Source: Zootoca vivipara
Lineage: Eukaryota
DNA: 64,000 bases
Direction: 5' to 3'
NCBI RefSeq assembly: GCF_963506605.1
Contig: NC_083280.1
Location: forward strand, 9,114,001 to 9,178,000
Shown here: positions 54,201 through 64,000 of the stretch, piece after piece
Numbering within the stretch: position 1 is the first letter of the stretch
How the letters are laid out: the number at the start of each line of letters is the position of its first letter
Translations under genes and position numbers: made by a program
Notes under the pieces: generated by a model
Database searches by the model: none
What the model saw: the letters and a program-made list of their open reading frames with translations, nothing else
Told to the model about the DNA's origin: nothing

Positions 54201-56553
54201 TTTCTAGCAGGAATTGCTACAAGCCAAGGACTCGATCACCCCTGCATTCCAGAATGGAATTGGCCTGCGCCAGATGGATACCACTTAGGACACACCAACA
54301 GCCCAATCTACACTGGGCTGCCAAGAGGTGAGTACAGGGAATATGGATCTACTGAGCTCACAGTCAGCAAGTAGCTTCACTCCTTTCATTACCCATCTCA
54401 TTAAGCACCCAGATTCTTATTTCAATATGGAAGAAGGGCAACTCTAGCATGTATTGAGATTAAGCCTCCAGTCCGGGTTCTCCTAAGTATCTGGGGCCAC
54501 AAGAAGCAGACAAAGCGTTCTGAAGAGTGAAACTGCCTCTTGATTTTGGCTCCAACCCCCAATTGCGCCAGTCTCAATTTCGTCCCATAACAAGCCCAAC
54601 AAATGAAACGCCACCACCGATGCACTGTGATTGCAACCCACTGGTTTATCATGCAACTGCACTATCAAAGGGCAGGTCTGTACGATCTGTAGCCCATCAA
54701 GCTTAAAACAGCCCAGCAGCCATTACTAAGGTCCATCGGGTACTAAGACTGCGGCTCTTGCAATCCCAGGCAGGCAAGCAAAAGCCAGAGCTTCGCTGCA
54801 TTCCTGCAAAAGCCACAGTACTGTATGTGGCTTGGAGGATCACAAGAATGACAAGGACAGGCCAGCTGAACTGCTCTGTGTGCAACATCCTAGTCTCAAA
54901 CCCACAATAAATATAGCAAGAAGTACAACAGTGCATAAAATGTCATTACAGAATAATCTGCAGGGACAGCACCCAGATTCATAGCATAAATAAACAAAAC
55001 CAGCAATAAACATTAAGAGAGTGTTGGTATATACCACAAAGCCACACAGCCAACTGCTCGTCACTGACGCAAGAAGCTCTCTGGCTGCTTCTTTTCCCAC
55101 TCTTTTGGGTCCCTGATTTCTGTCCTGTGCTTCCTCTCAGAGGCTCATCATGAGGGCTTTTACAGTACGGGTGATCTAAGAGCTCTGCGCCAAATACGTC
55201 CATGCTTATGGGCCCTTCCACCTCCATCTGACCACTGTCCTCATTTTGCGGCAGCTCCACGGAAACAAGCCCATTAGCAAAACCGTCGTTTGTGCCCAAA
55301 TCCGCCCTGGAGGGCCCCAGCACTGTCTCGCCGGCACCCGTAAACTGATTCGTTCCTCCATCTCCTGGACCTAAAACCGAGATTTCTTTCTCCGTCACAG
55401 AGACGAAACTATCAGGGCAGCTGTCCAGTGCGGGTGCCTTCTGCGTTTCCTCCTTGTGCGCAGGCTGTGCTCCACATGCCGCTGCTGCTCCATGCAACTC
55501 CGGCATGCAGGGCTCAGCGATGCCATTTTGGTCTCTGGGCGCAAGTTCCTTGTAATGGAGCTCCCTGCACGGCAAGCATGCGCCCTGGGTGAGGCAGGCG
55601 TCGGGCAGGTGTGTTCGACTCTCCTCAATCAATGGTCCTGGCATATGACTGTTCATATCTGACAAGCTGAGCAGGTTCCAGGGAGATTTACTTTTCAGTT
55701 TCCAAGAGGGAAGCGAGGCCCCAGAACCACCCGCAGAGACTCCTCGGCGGAGGTCCTCTTGCCAATCTCTGCTTACTTTCTCCACCCAGCTCGGCCTCCT
55801 TATGCTCAACTTGCACGTCTTGCCTCTCCAAAACCTGGGACGAGATTTTGCGATTCTAATCCGAAACTTGACCACAGAAGGTTTCTTATACATCATAAAT
55901 AGAGATCTGTTTTTTAAAGTACACCTTTTAAATCTATGCCTCCTCCTAATAGTCAGGAGGTCACAAGTTCCATTTTGCTCTAGGCCTTGGCAGCAGCGCT
56001 TCCTTCTGGAGTTGTTCAGAACCTCAACGCCACTGTTTCCACTGTTATTGCTCTCGCCCACCTTCCGAGCAAGACCATCCTCTTTTACCAGGAAGGTAGT
56101 ATTGCTGGTCTCGGTGCTGTACTGCTTGCTCTGAGAAGGCTTTGAGTCAGCTGTTAAACTGCAAAATTCATTCAGAAGTTCTTCGCTCTGAAAGGATGTG
56201 CCACCCAGCTCCTCTGCCACTGTAACAGGTCCTCCACTTTTGCACCAAGGAAAAAGACTTCTGTGTATGTTTTGTGGGGAGGTGCAGTTTTCAAAGGGTA
56301 CAACTTGCTGGGGGTTTGCATTTAGGAACACTTTGGGAGCCCACTTCCTCTGGAGCCAAAGAACCTTGCTTCTGTAGGGCTTAGTTTGTTTCAGGCTCAC
56401 AGATGTCCAAGTGCCTCGCCTCCCTCCTTTAAGTAGAGAAAGACGGTTCCTTTGGAAGCAGTATTGCTTCAGCCCCCAAAATCCCACTGTCCATTTTCGA
56501 TAACCAGCCAGCAACCGACTTCTCCGCTGTATTTTTCTCCTATGCTCTTTCAT
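36141..56553 (-). CDS. SENP5: SENP5, sentrin/SUMO-specific protease 5. Spliced CDS: 56553-55035, 53220-53115, 52972-52825, 50147-50100, 49478-49401, 42388-42251, 41463-41380, 36434-36384, 36251-36141 (2283 nt, 760 aa)
   Basis: All nine exons have AG/GT boundaries and join in frame. The C-terminus matches the vertebrate SENP5 catalytic domain as I recall it ([66 protein letters not shown]). Confidence 0.97.
36384..36434 (-). CDS. SENP5: SENP5 exon 9 (51 nt) [17 protein letters not shown]; oxyanion Gln and catalytic Cys
   Basis: ttctag|TGCATT...CTCCAG|gtaagg; PQQxNxxDCG motif. Confidence 0.97.
36677..36820 (+). mobile_element. tRNA-Lys(CTT)-derived SINE with CR1 3' tail
   Basis: Head tagctcagttggtaaagcatgagactcctaatctcagggtcgtgggttcaagccccacg resembles tRNA-Lys-CTT; joined to a CR1 tail ending attctatga. 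Confidence 0.88.
38791..39792. mobile_element. 1-kb AT-rich non-autonomous hAT transposon in SENP5 intron 8
   Basis: TIR CAGGGTGGAT / ATCCACCCTG; perfect 8-bp TSD CTTACAAG; subterminal GATTTAAATC arrays at both ends. Confidence 0.92.
41380..41463 (-). CDS. SENP5: SENP5 exon 8 (84 nt) [28 protein letters not shown]
   Basis: ttaaag|AACATA...ACAAAG|gtaagg. Confidence 0.96.
42251..42388 (-). CDS. SENP5: SENP5 exon 7 (138 nt) [46 protein letters not shown]; catalytic His and Asp
   Basis: cactag|GTGGAC...GTTGAG|gtaaga; HW and YDS motifs. Confidence 0.97.
45888..46854. mobile_element. GC/CpG-rich Tc1/mariner (Tigger-like) non-autonomous element in SENP5 intron 6
   Basis: Perfect 15-bp TIR CAGTGGTGCCTCGCT; TA TSD; subterminal hairpin ccataggaacgcattaa...ttaatgcgttcctatgg. 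Confidence 0.92.
47062..47203 (+). mobile_element. tRNA-Lys(CTT)-derived SINE with CR1 3' tail
   Basis: Same family as 36677-36820; a degenerate copy lies at ~63840-63970. Confidence 0.88.
47328..47569. mobile_element. MITE, possibly PIF/Harbinger type
   Basis: TIR GGACCGTATCCAATGTT / AACATTGGATACGACCC; 3-bp flanks cat/tat. Confidence 0.65.
48360..48499. other. Assembly gap (140 N) in SENP5 intron 6
   Basis: Run of N. Confidence 1.
49401..49478 (-). CDS. SENP5: SENP5 exon 6 (78 nt) [26 protein letters not shown]
   Basis: ttgtag|GTTCAT...AAAAAG|gtaggc. Confidence 0.96.
50100..50147 (-). CDS. SENP5: SENP5 exon 5 (48 nt) [16 protein letters not shown]
   Basis: tttcag|ATTATC...GACAAG|gtgagc. 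Confidence 0.96.
52825..52972 (-). CDS. SENP5: SENP5 exon 4 (148 nt) [49 protein letters not shown]
   Basis: ttccag|AAAGCC...GACCAG|gtgaga; contains the Ulp1 WLND motif. Confidence 0.96.
53115..53220 (-). CDS. SENP5: SENP5 exon 3 (106 nt) [35 protein letters not shown]
   Basis: ataag|GATTCC...TATAG|gttagt; in frame with both neighbours. Confidence 0.95.
55035..56553 (-). CDS. SENP5: SENP5 first coding exon (exon 2). The exon starts at 56584 with 31 nt of 5'UTR and encodes the large N-terminal region
   Basis: 524-aa [30 protein letters not shown]... including [10 protein letters not shown]. Acceptor ttgcag| before 56584; donor TGTG|gtatat after 55035 (phase 1). Confidence 0.93.
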
Positions 56554-56566
56554 TTTTCTGCTGCAT
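56540..56566 (-). promoter_or_regulatory. Out-of-frame upstream ORF overlapping the SENP5 start (MQQKNERA*)
   Basis: ataATGcagcagaaaaATGaaagagcaTAG inside exon 2; the uATG is 13 nt upstream of the main ATG. Confidence 0.6.
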
Positions 56567-56996
56567 TATGATCTCGAAGTGCAGCTGCAACAGCAAAGGA
56601 AACACAAGAAAGAAACAAGTTACACCACATAAAACTTAAAAAGTTCCATCATTCAAAGCCCTCCAGCAACACAACTGTTCAGAACCCGTTTTTTGCATGC
56701 AGCAAGGTAAGTTTCCTAAGAGACTGCAGAGACATACCAGGGACTATGGCTTCTTTCCTGATCGTTAAAAACTTGCTGTCTGATTGGACCAGAGGCAACC
56801 ACACCCTTGCCCATTGGTGCAATGCAGAAGAACTCAAGATCTCTCCTGCTTACTGATCTGTGTTAAAGATGTCCATTTCGCCCTAGCTACACTTGACATG
56901 GTTCAAATTTTGACTTCCGCCCCAATTTGTTGAGCCACTCCTTATTCTTTCAGTCCCTGATGTGCCCCAAATTCTGCATGTGTATTTGCATCCCTT

Positions 56997-57265
56997 GCTC
57001 ACTGGAAGGACAGATCCTGAACCTGAGGCTCCAATACTTTGGCCACCTCATGAGAAGAGAAGACTCCCTGGAAAAGACCCTGATGTTGGGAAAGATTGAG
57101 GGCACTAGGAGAAGGGGACGACAGAGGACGAGATGGTTGGACAGTGTTCTCGAAGCTACGAACATGAGTCTGACCAAACTGCGGGAGGCAGTGGAAGACA
57201 GGAGTGCCTGGCGTGCTCTGGTCCATGGGGTCACGAAGAGTCGGACACGACTAAACGACAACAAC
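56997..57265 (+). mobile_element. Bov-B LINE 3' fragment in SENP5 intron 1
   Basis: CSLEGQILNLRLQYFGHLMRREDSLEK...; 13-bp TSD ATTTGCATCCCTT. Confidence 0.95.
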
Positions 57266-58281
57266 ATTTGCATCCCTTTGCAAACCAGATGTTTATTGTG
57301 CTGCCAGGAAGGAAAGAGGTTATGGGAATATTTGAGAAAGGCATGTTGGGAAATAAGCTACTTTTCCTTTAAAATCTGGTGGGAGAGCAGTGGCTAGCAA
57401 TACAAGACAGTTTCTTATCCCAGGCGCAGATGTCCTCAAAATACCACTAAGCTCAGGGTCATGGCCCTATCTGCAATATGGCAGCAATGCTAGCCTACCT
57501 TGCAGGGTTACTGAGAAATTGTTTGTGAAGTGTTTCTAACACTTGAGGCATTATTCCAGCCTTCCCCATCTGGAGGGAACAACTTCCATCAGACTGAGCC
57601 AGCACAACTGGGAGCTGTGATCCAAACCTTCTAGAGAGTACCAGGTTGTGAAAGGCAACACCATACAAATAATTATTATGTAGTGTATAACCTCACCCAT
57701 AGCCAGTTTGAACAGTCTTATTTTTTCAGCAGTGAAAAATTACACAGTGTTGCAGGCTATTTGTAACTGGTTTTATTATTATTATTTTTAAAAAGAGAAG
57801 ACAACCCATGTATGCTAATCATAATTAGAAAGCAGTCAGAAAAAAGAACAGAAATTGTCATGTGTGTTGGACATGGCAATTTTCAAAGAAAAAGGGGGGA
57901 GAGAGACCTTAATGACAGGACATGGGATTGTGTTGGATCCCATTTTTGTTTTTTTAATTAAACTATGCAGGTGGTTCGGAAAAGAGCTAACAAATAAACA
58001 AAATTAGGAAGCATTAACTACAGAGCAAAGGGGCTAGATTGAAAGTTACATTCTGCCTAAATAGCCCAATTAAAATTAAAATGTGCTCTTGAAAAGAATT
58101 GGATTTCTGTTATTCTTTTCAGGTAATTAATTTGTATATTTAAAGAAGATTTATAAGAATTATTGTATTTAGATTAGTTATTAGTGCATAGGTTTAGCTA
58201 CTGAGTTGATTTATTGAAGAACTGTATTTAGAATTTGCAGATATAAACTTTACGCAATCTTTTTTTAAAAAAAATCACTAC

Positions 58282-58405
58282 TTGTTTAGTCGTGTCCAAC
58301 TCTTCATGACCCCATGGACCATAGCACGCCAGGCACTCCTGTCTTCCACTGCCTCCCGCAGCTTGGTCAAACCCATGTTCATAGCTTCGAGAACACTGTC
58401 CAACC
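58282..58405 (-). mobile_element. Bov-B LINE short 3' fragment
   Basis: Matches the other Bov-B 3' ends in this window. Confidence 0.9.
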
Positions 58406-59624
58406 GGCGCTGAATAGGATTTTTCCAGCCTTGCTAACAATGTGTATTTGCAGTTTTATAGTGTTTTTTTTTCACTATATTTGCAGTTTTATAGTGGAAA
58501 AGTCACCATAAAACTGCAAAAACAAGCAAGGCTGGGAAAATCCCATTTAGTGACTTCAGTTTACTTTGCTCCTTAATTTGAGCCTTATTTGTGTGTTCTG
58601 ATACCCCCGCAACATTAGATCTGTGCAAGGGAGAGTGCGGACCAACAAGCAGCTCTGCCTCACCTTGCAGTCCTTGTCTCCCTTCATATATTGGAGGCAA
58701 ACGTCTGCAAAAGGGAGCAAACAGGTAGGGTCACCTGTGAAATTTGGAACTCCTGAAAGATCAGGCTTCCAAGTTGCACAGGGAGCCTGGGCAAGGAGAA
58801 ATGACTCTTCACTTCAGGGCAAAGTGACAGGGTGCAGTTAGAACACTCACTCCAATTCCCCTTCATCACATGAGGAATCAGGATGCATAAAGGGCTCTAT
58901 AACATCCTGGAAAAGACCCCCCCCCCAAACATGCAAACACCTGGACAAGTACTGTGCTTCCGAGAACTATGAACTATGTCCACCATAAGGGAGACAAAAG
59001 CAGAACTAGACGTTCTGCCAGGAAGTAGATAGTAGTTTGATGTGACAGTGGAAACTTAAGCCCTTCACTGTGACCCAAATTGTTCATTCTTGGCCTCTTT
59101 ATTTTACCTTGGCTTTATACTGCCAGCGTCTTTTACAGACATTTCCTTCAAGTCTCCATCAGTACAACCCCCCTGCCATGGTGATGTGTAATGCAAGAGC
59201 ATGAACAATGAAAGCTTCTTCTGTTACAGTTAGACACAGGAGCAATCGGCAACCAGTACACTTCTTGAGAAGAAGTGTATGTTGATTGGTGCATAACTCA
59301 ATACAACAAAAGTCAGAACAAAGGCGAAGGAAGGAAATAAGGGGGAGATAAGGGAAAAGCAAGGGAGGGAAGCTTAACAGCCTACAGGAAGCATGAGAGT
59401 CATACTTTCAGGAACTGTCAATGCCTGCTTGCTGAAGAGGTTTGATTGGAAGGAAGGCAGGTGGCTCGCTCAATTGAAATGGCGAAAAAGTAATCCTTTA
59501 AGCATCTCTGAAGTGAGATGAAAAGTACATTTGGAGGGTACCCAGTGCTTTCCAAAATGTGCAGCTGCTGATGAAAGTGCAAGAGAGGATCAAAAATAGC
59601 TTCTGTTGCACACTTGAGAGCAAG

Positions 59625-59714
59625 AGGAAGGAAGGAAGGAAGGAAGGAAGGAAGGAAGGAAGGAAGGAAGGAAGGAAGGAAGGAAGGAAGGAAGGAAGGA
59701 AGGAAGGAAGGAAG
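59625..59714. repeat. (GGAA)n microsatellite in SENP5 intron 1
   Basis: Direct reading, ~22 units. Confidence 0.95.
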
Positions 59715-62700
59715 CCAAGGGCAAAGGCAGTGGTGCTCAGCAGCCCACATAACCTTCTCAATACACAAGAAGCAACTTATTGCCTCTCAGCTAGATATAT
59801 TTTCCCAGGCTCAAATAAGCTACCTTTCAAGGTTGCCATGCTATGAAACTTAATGTGATCCATCACTTGCCATGTGCTCTTAAAAATCAGTGCAGCTAGG
59901 GCTTCTCTTCAGGAGTCAGTGTGGCAAAAGTAGGAGCGTTAGATGTCAGAATATAAGAGCCATGCTGGATCAGACCAGACACCTGCCTAGTTCAGCATCC
60001 CACTTCCCACAGTGAGAAACCAAAAGCATATGGGAAGCATATGGTAAGACCAAAAGTAGAACATTGATAAAACTGCCTTCTTCAATTACCCCACCGCCCT
60101 GCTCACAGTTGTGAAGAATATTATTACGTTATGAATGGTCCGTGCCACCATTAAGAAAAAGAGGTAGGAATAGGCCAGTATATATATGTGGACTGTCCCT
60201 GGATTAAGTGACTTTTCTTCTTTAAGTTCTCTGGAAGACCTGAGTTCAAATCCCCACTCAAGTCATGAAGTTCACTGAGTGTTACTATCCTATATATGCC
60301 TAAACTTAAGTCCCACTTTGCTCTCTGCATAACCTGTTTTGCTATGGCTGGTTACAACCCTCCAAATACCACTAATTGCAAAAGGAGCCAATTACCAGTA
60401 AATTCTTTACAAAAAATAAATAGAGAGTACTGCCACATTTGTGGCGGGGGGGGGGGGGGGAAACCAACTAGCCATTCTGTTTTTGCACCCATAACCCAGG
60501 TTCCAGGAGCCATGTGGTGAACAGCTTTTCCACCCCAGTTTCTAACTGCCTGTCTGGTTGCTTTTAGATTCTCAACTTCCATCAGGTCCAGCCAGTATAG
60601 CCAATGGCCATGAACAATAGGCATTGGGGGTCGAACAATATCTGGAAAACGACATTGGTTTGTCTAACTCTGCTTAGGGGGTGGGAGAAAAGTTCTGAGT
60701 ATGCGCATACTATTAACATTAAAATGGCTTGCTGCTGCTCTTTTTCCCCCATTCCCATGCCAGTATCAAAAACCACAACAAAGCATGAAGATAGCAGCAC
60801 AAACAGAACAGAAAGTTCAACTCATTAGCCTCTGTTTTCACTGCTCAGACAACAGTGAGCAGCAGAAATTCTTATGCATGGAAAGTTCTGCACATTCAAA
60901 GAGGCTGTTGAAGCCTTCCTAGATAGAGTTTTGCCCACACTTTTTTTTGAAGCTTTCTAGACAATAAAAGCTTCAATATACTTTCCACAGAAGGGCAAAG
61001 CATCAGGAGTTCTAGCTGACACACCATGAACTGCACAAAATCAATTCATTTTACACATTTAAAAGTTAAAACTATATCACACCAGTGATTGTTTTTAGGA
61101 GACTTTTGTATGTGCTGCACAGGACATTTTTGCAAACGAGACATTTTATTCTAGTACCAACATTTAAGGGCTGACCGCATCATTGACAAGAAGTAACAAA
61201 GGCAAACTCCAAAAGCAGAAGTGGACAACTTACTCAGTGCCAGGGGGCAAACTGGAAAGATGTGACTACGGTAGAAAACAGTTGCTAATGAGCGGTTTTT
61301 GCTACTTTAAGTAGTTTAATCAGCATGAAAATGAGAAAGGATTGAAACAAGTATATGTGCAGCAGAACTTATTTGGACCTCTTTTAACCAAACTTTGCAT
61401 GATTCTTCCCAAGATCAATGGGTAGGTTTTCATCCATGCTCTGATATATTTGGACACCATTTTGAATAATGATGGTTAATGTAAACTAAACCTTTCAAAA
61501 CTGCACTGATTTTTGGGGTGTGTGTGTGTGTATTATAATTCCCATGCAACGCTTGGCACAAATAAGACCGCTAGTACAAAACTGACTGAAAAAATATTAT
61601 TTCTGACCGGCACAGCAGGTGGGCATTTTTTTCATCCTTCCTTAACCATTGCCATGGGGAAATCCCAATTCAATCCAAAAACAATTAAAATGGATTTAAA
61701 TACTAAAACATATTCAAGTATGTAACACTGCACACCGAGGAGGGGCGCTGCATGATATTATCCCACCCTAAATAACTGAAGACTCCTCATACTATTTTGT
61801 TATTTTGTTCACTGCCTTAACTACATCAGCAAGAGAATTTCTGCAGATCCTCATGGTATTTGCAGTGAACTTACTTTGCAAAACTGGTAGTGCACTTCTT
61901 GCTGAATCAATCTCTGCTGGTGAAGCACTATGCACTCTTGTCATTCTGCACCAAGCTCTCAACACTAAAAGTTATTTTATACTTTATATTTAAAAAAATT
62001 CGAAAAAAGATTTGTTTACTCAAATATACAATATGCTTGGGTGCTGCATTCAAGGATGCTCAATAGAAGCCACTATCTCCATTCTCCCAATCTGTTCCTT
62101 CTCCTCCTCAGTTTCACACACCTTTCTCCTGTACCTTGAACAGTATGATCATCAAAGTTCTAAACTGCTGAAGATCTAGTTACTCACACGTAAATAGTTT
62201 CATTTTGCCAGGCCCTTTCAGCAGCCTTTATGGTGTAAACTAGGCACATCCCTGAAGTCAGGTGAATATGACTTGTAAATTACATGTTAGGCCTAAGATT
62301 ATGGGGTCAGGAAGAACAACTTGCATCAGCTTCGTCTCCTTCCCACCTGCATCACCTCCACCACAGATGCACTGTCATGTAGTTCATCTCTGCACATGAA
62401 CTTGAAAGGCGTTAAGTTCTCATATCAACACCGATAATGGTCTGCAAAACAACTTTATAACTCTCGTCCTTTAGATTTTTCAAATAAGAAACTATGAGGC
62501 CTGTAAAAGGAGGGAAATACAGAAAAGCAGAGCCAAGACTGTCCAAACACCTTAAAACTAGCAAGATCCTAAATCTTGTTCTTCCCTCCTCCAATAAACT
62601 GTATAAATTGGCCTAGGGCATCCTGGAATGCAGGGTCTCTATATGTCTCATTCCTTTCCAGCCCAAGTCACTCAATTGATTTTCTGTACTTCCCATACAT

Positions 62701-63114
62701 CCCAATCCTATACAAATTTACTCAGAAGAACCCACTCCTCCATTTCAGAAAAATTTATTTCCAAGAATGCACAGAACTTCAGGTCACTTGAAAAGAAGTA
62801 GCACTCCATTACTGATGCCATTATTATTTCTGCATATCTTGCAAACGTTGCTTTAAAACTCCCTGTTCTCACTAGTTTAATCAAGAATTGTTTAAAACTC
62901 ACAGGCTTTCTGTGACATATCAAAGCACATATGAATTATAATACATGCTTCACAAATTTAAGAATGCTTATAAGTACTTCAAGGTCCAACCTGCAGAAAC
63001 AGTAACTGAAGTTACTTCTTCATAATATTTGTTATTTTTGTTATTGTTTTAAAAGATCTCTGATCTGCATAGACCTCAATGGTAACCCATAAAGAGGTTA
63101 AAATACTGTACAGA

Positions 63115-63180
<66 letters not shown>
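63115..63180. repeat. Compound (TA)n(TG)n(GA)n microsatellite
   Basis: Direct reading. Confidence 0.92.
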
Positions 63181-64000
63181 TATAGATGTGATATTATGGA
63201 AAGACCTCTGCTGGATGCCAAGGAGAGCCACTGCCAGTCAAGAGTAGACAATATTGGGCAACACGGACAAGTAGTCTGGCCAGGCATAGAACAGCTTGCA
63301 CAAGCAAAGATTATGAAGCCAATTAAACACCTTGCATTGAGCAACAAAAGCTTTTAATGAATCAACAAGGATTTAGAGGTGTTCTAAGCCAAGTTAGAAT
63401 TCCTCAATAGAAGCTACAAAAATAGGGCCTTTTTGGAATTATGTATTATGACACAAACAAGAGTTGAATATAAGCTACTTTAGCCAAATGTAGCAAGTGT
63501 TTCTCTCCAATTCTGAAGAAACTGTGACAGATATTATGTAGAATTTGCATTTTGCTTCAGTATGAATTAGGTTATAACTACTGAATTCACTACACTTTCT
63601 AGAATTCCACCAAAACTAAGGAACAAAGGGGTCACTGAGATTATGACTGTTGTTTTTATATTGCATATAATGCCAACAGATAATTGCTCCCTGCTCTGCT
63701 CATGTCTAAATACTTCTTGAAGGTATTAGTGTATATTCAATACAAACAGCATGCATATTTATAAGAACCCAGCTCCACCCATGACCAGGCTCTTTACCCT
63801 GGGAATGGTCAAAGAGACATTACCAAGTCACTTGTGGCACAATGGGGCACTGCATCTGGCTGTTAACCAGAAGGTTGGTGGTTTGAGCCCATGCACGGAT
63901 AGCTGCAGGCAGGGTTCCTACATTGCAGGGGGCTGAACTAGATGACCCTTGGGGTCCTTTCCAACTCTACACAGAGTAAACTTCCGTTGATGCAAAGTCC

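Noticed and set aside
56585-64000. SENP5 promoter or exon 1
   Set aside because: No CpG island or convincing first exon is visible; these probably lie beyond the window.

Overview
Vertebrate genomic DNA from a squamate, most likely a lacertid lizard, judged from Sauria SINEs, Bov-B/RTE and CR1 LINE ends, and tRNA-Lys/CR1 SINEs. The right half carries SENP5 (SUMO-specific protease 5) on the minus strand. Nine coding exons with canonical GT-AG introns were reconstructed by hand (CDS 56553 to 36141, 2283 nt, 760 aa), with an intact Ulp1/C48 His-Asp-Cys catalytic set. A ~2.9 kb 3'UTR probably ends near an AATAAA at 33291-33296. The non-coding first exon and promoter lie beyond the right edge. The left ~33 kb has no recognisable coding exon: it is a mix of solo LTRs, hAT/Tc1-mariner/Harbinger MITEs, SINEs, LINE ends and microsatellites, with unique stretches that may be regulatory. 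There is one 140-N assembly gap. I found no convincing new biological system. The best second-look items are an out-of-frame uORF overlapping the SENP5 start, a probable Helitron next to the SENP5 poly(A) site, MITEs with nested palindromes, several datable nested insertions, and the apparent absence of NCBP2 downstream of SENP5.
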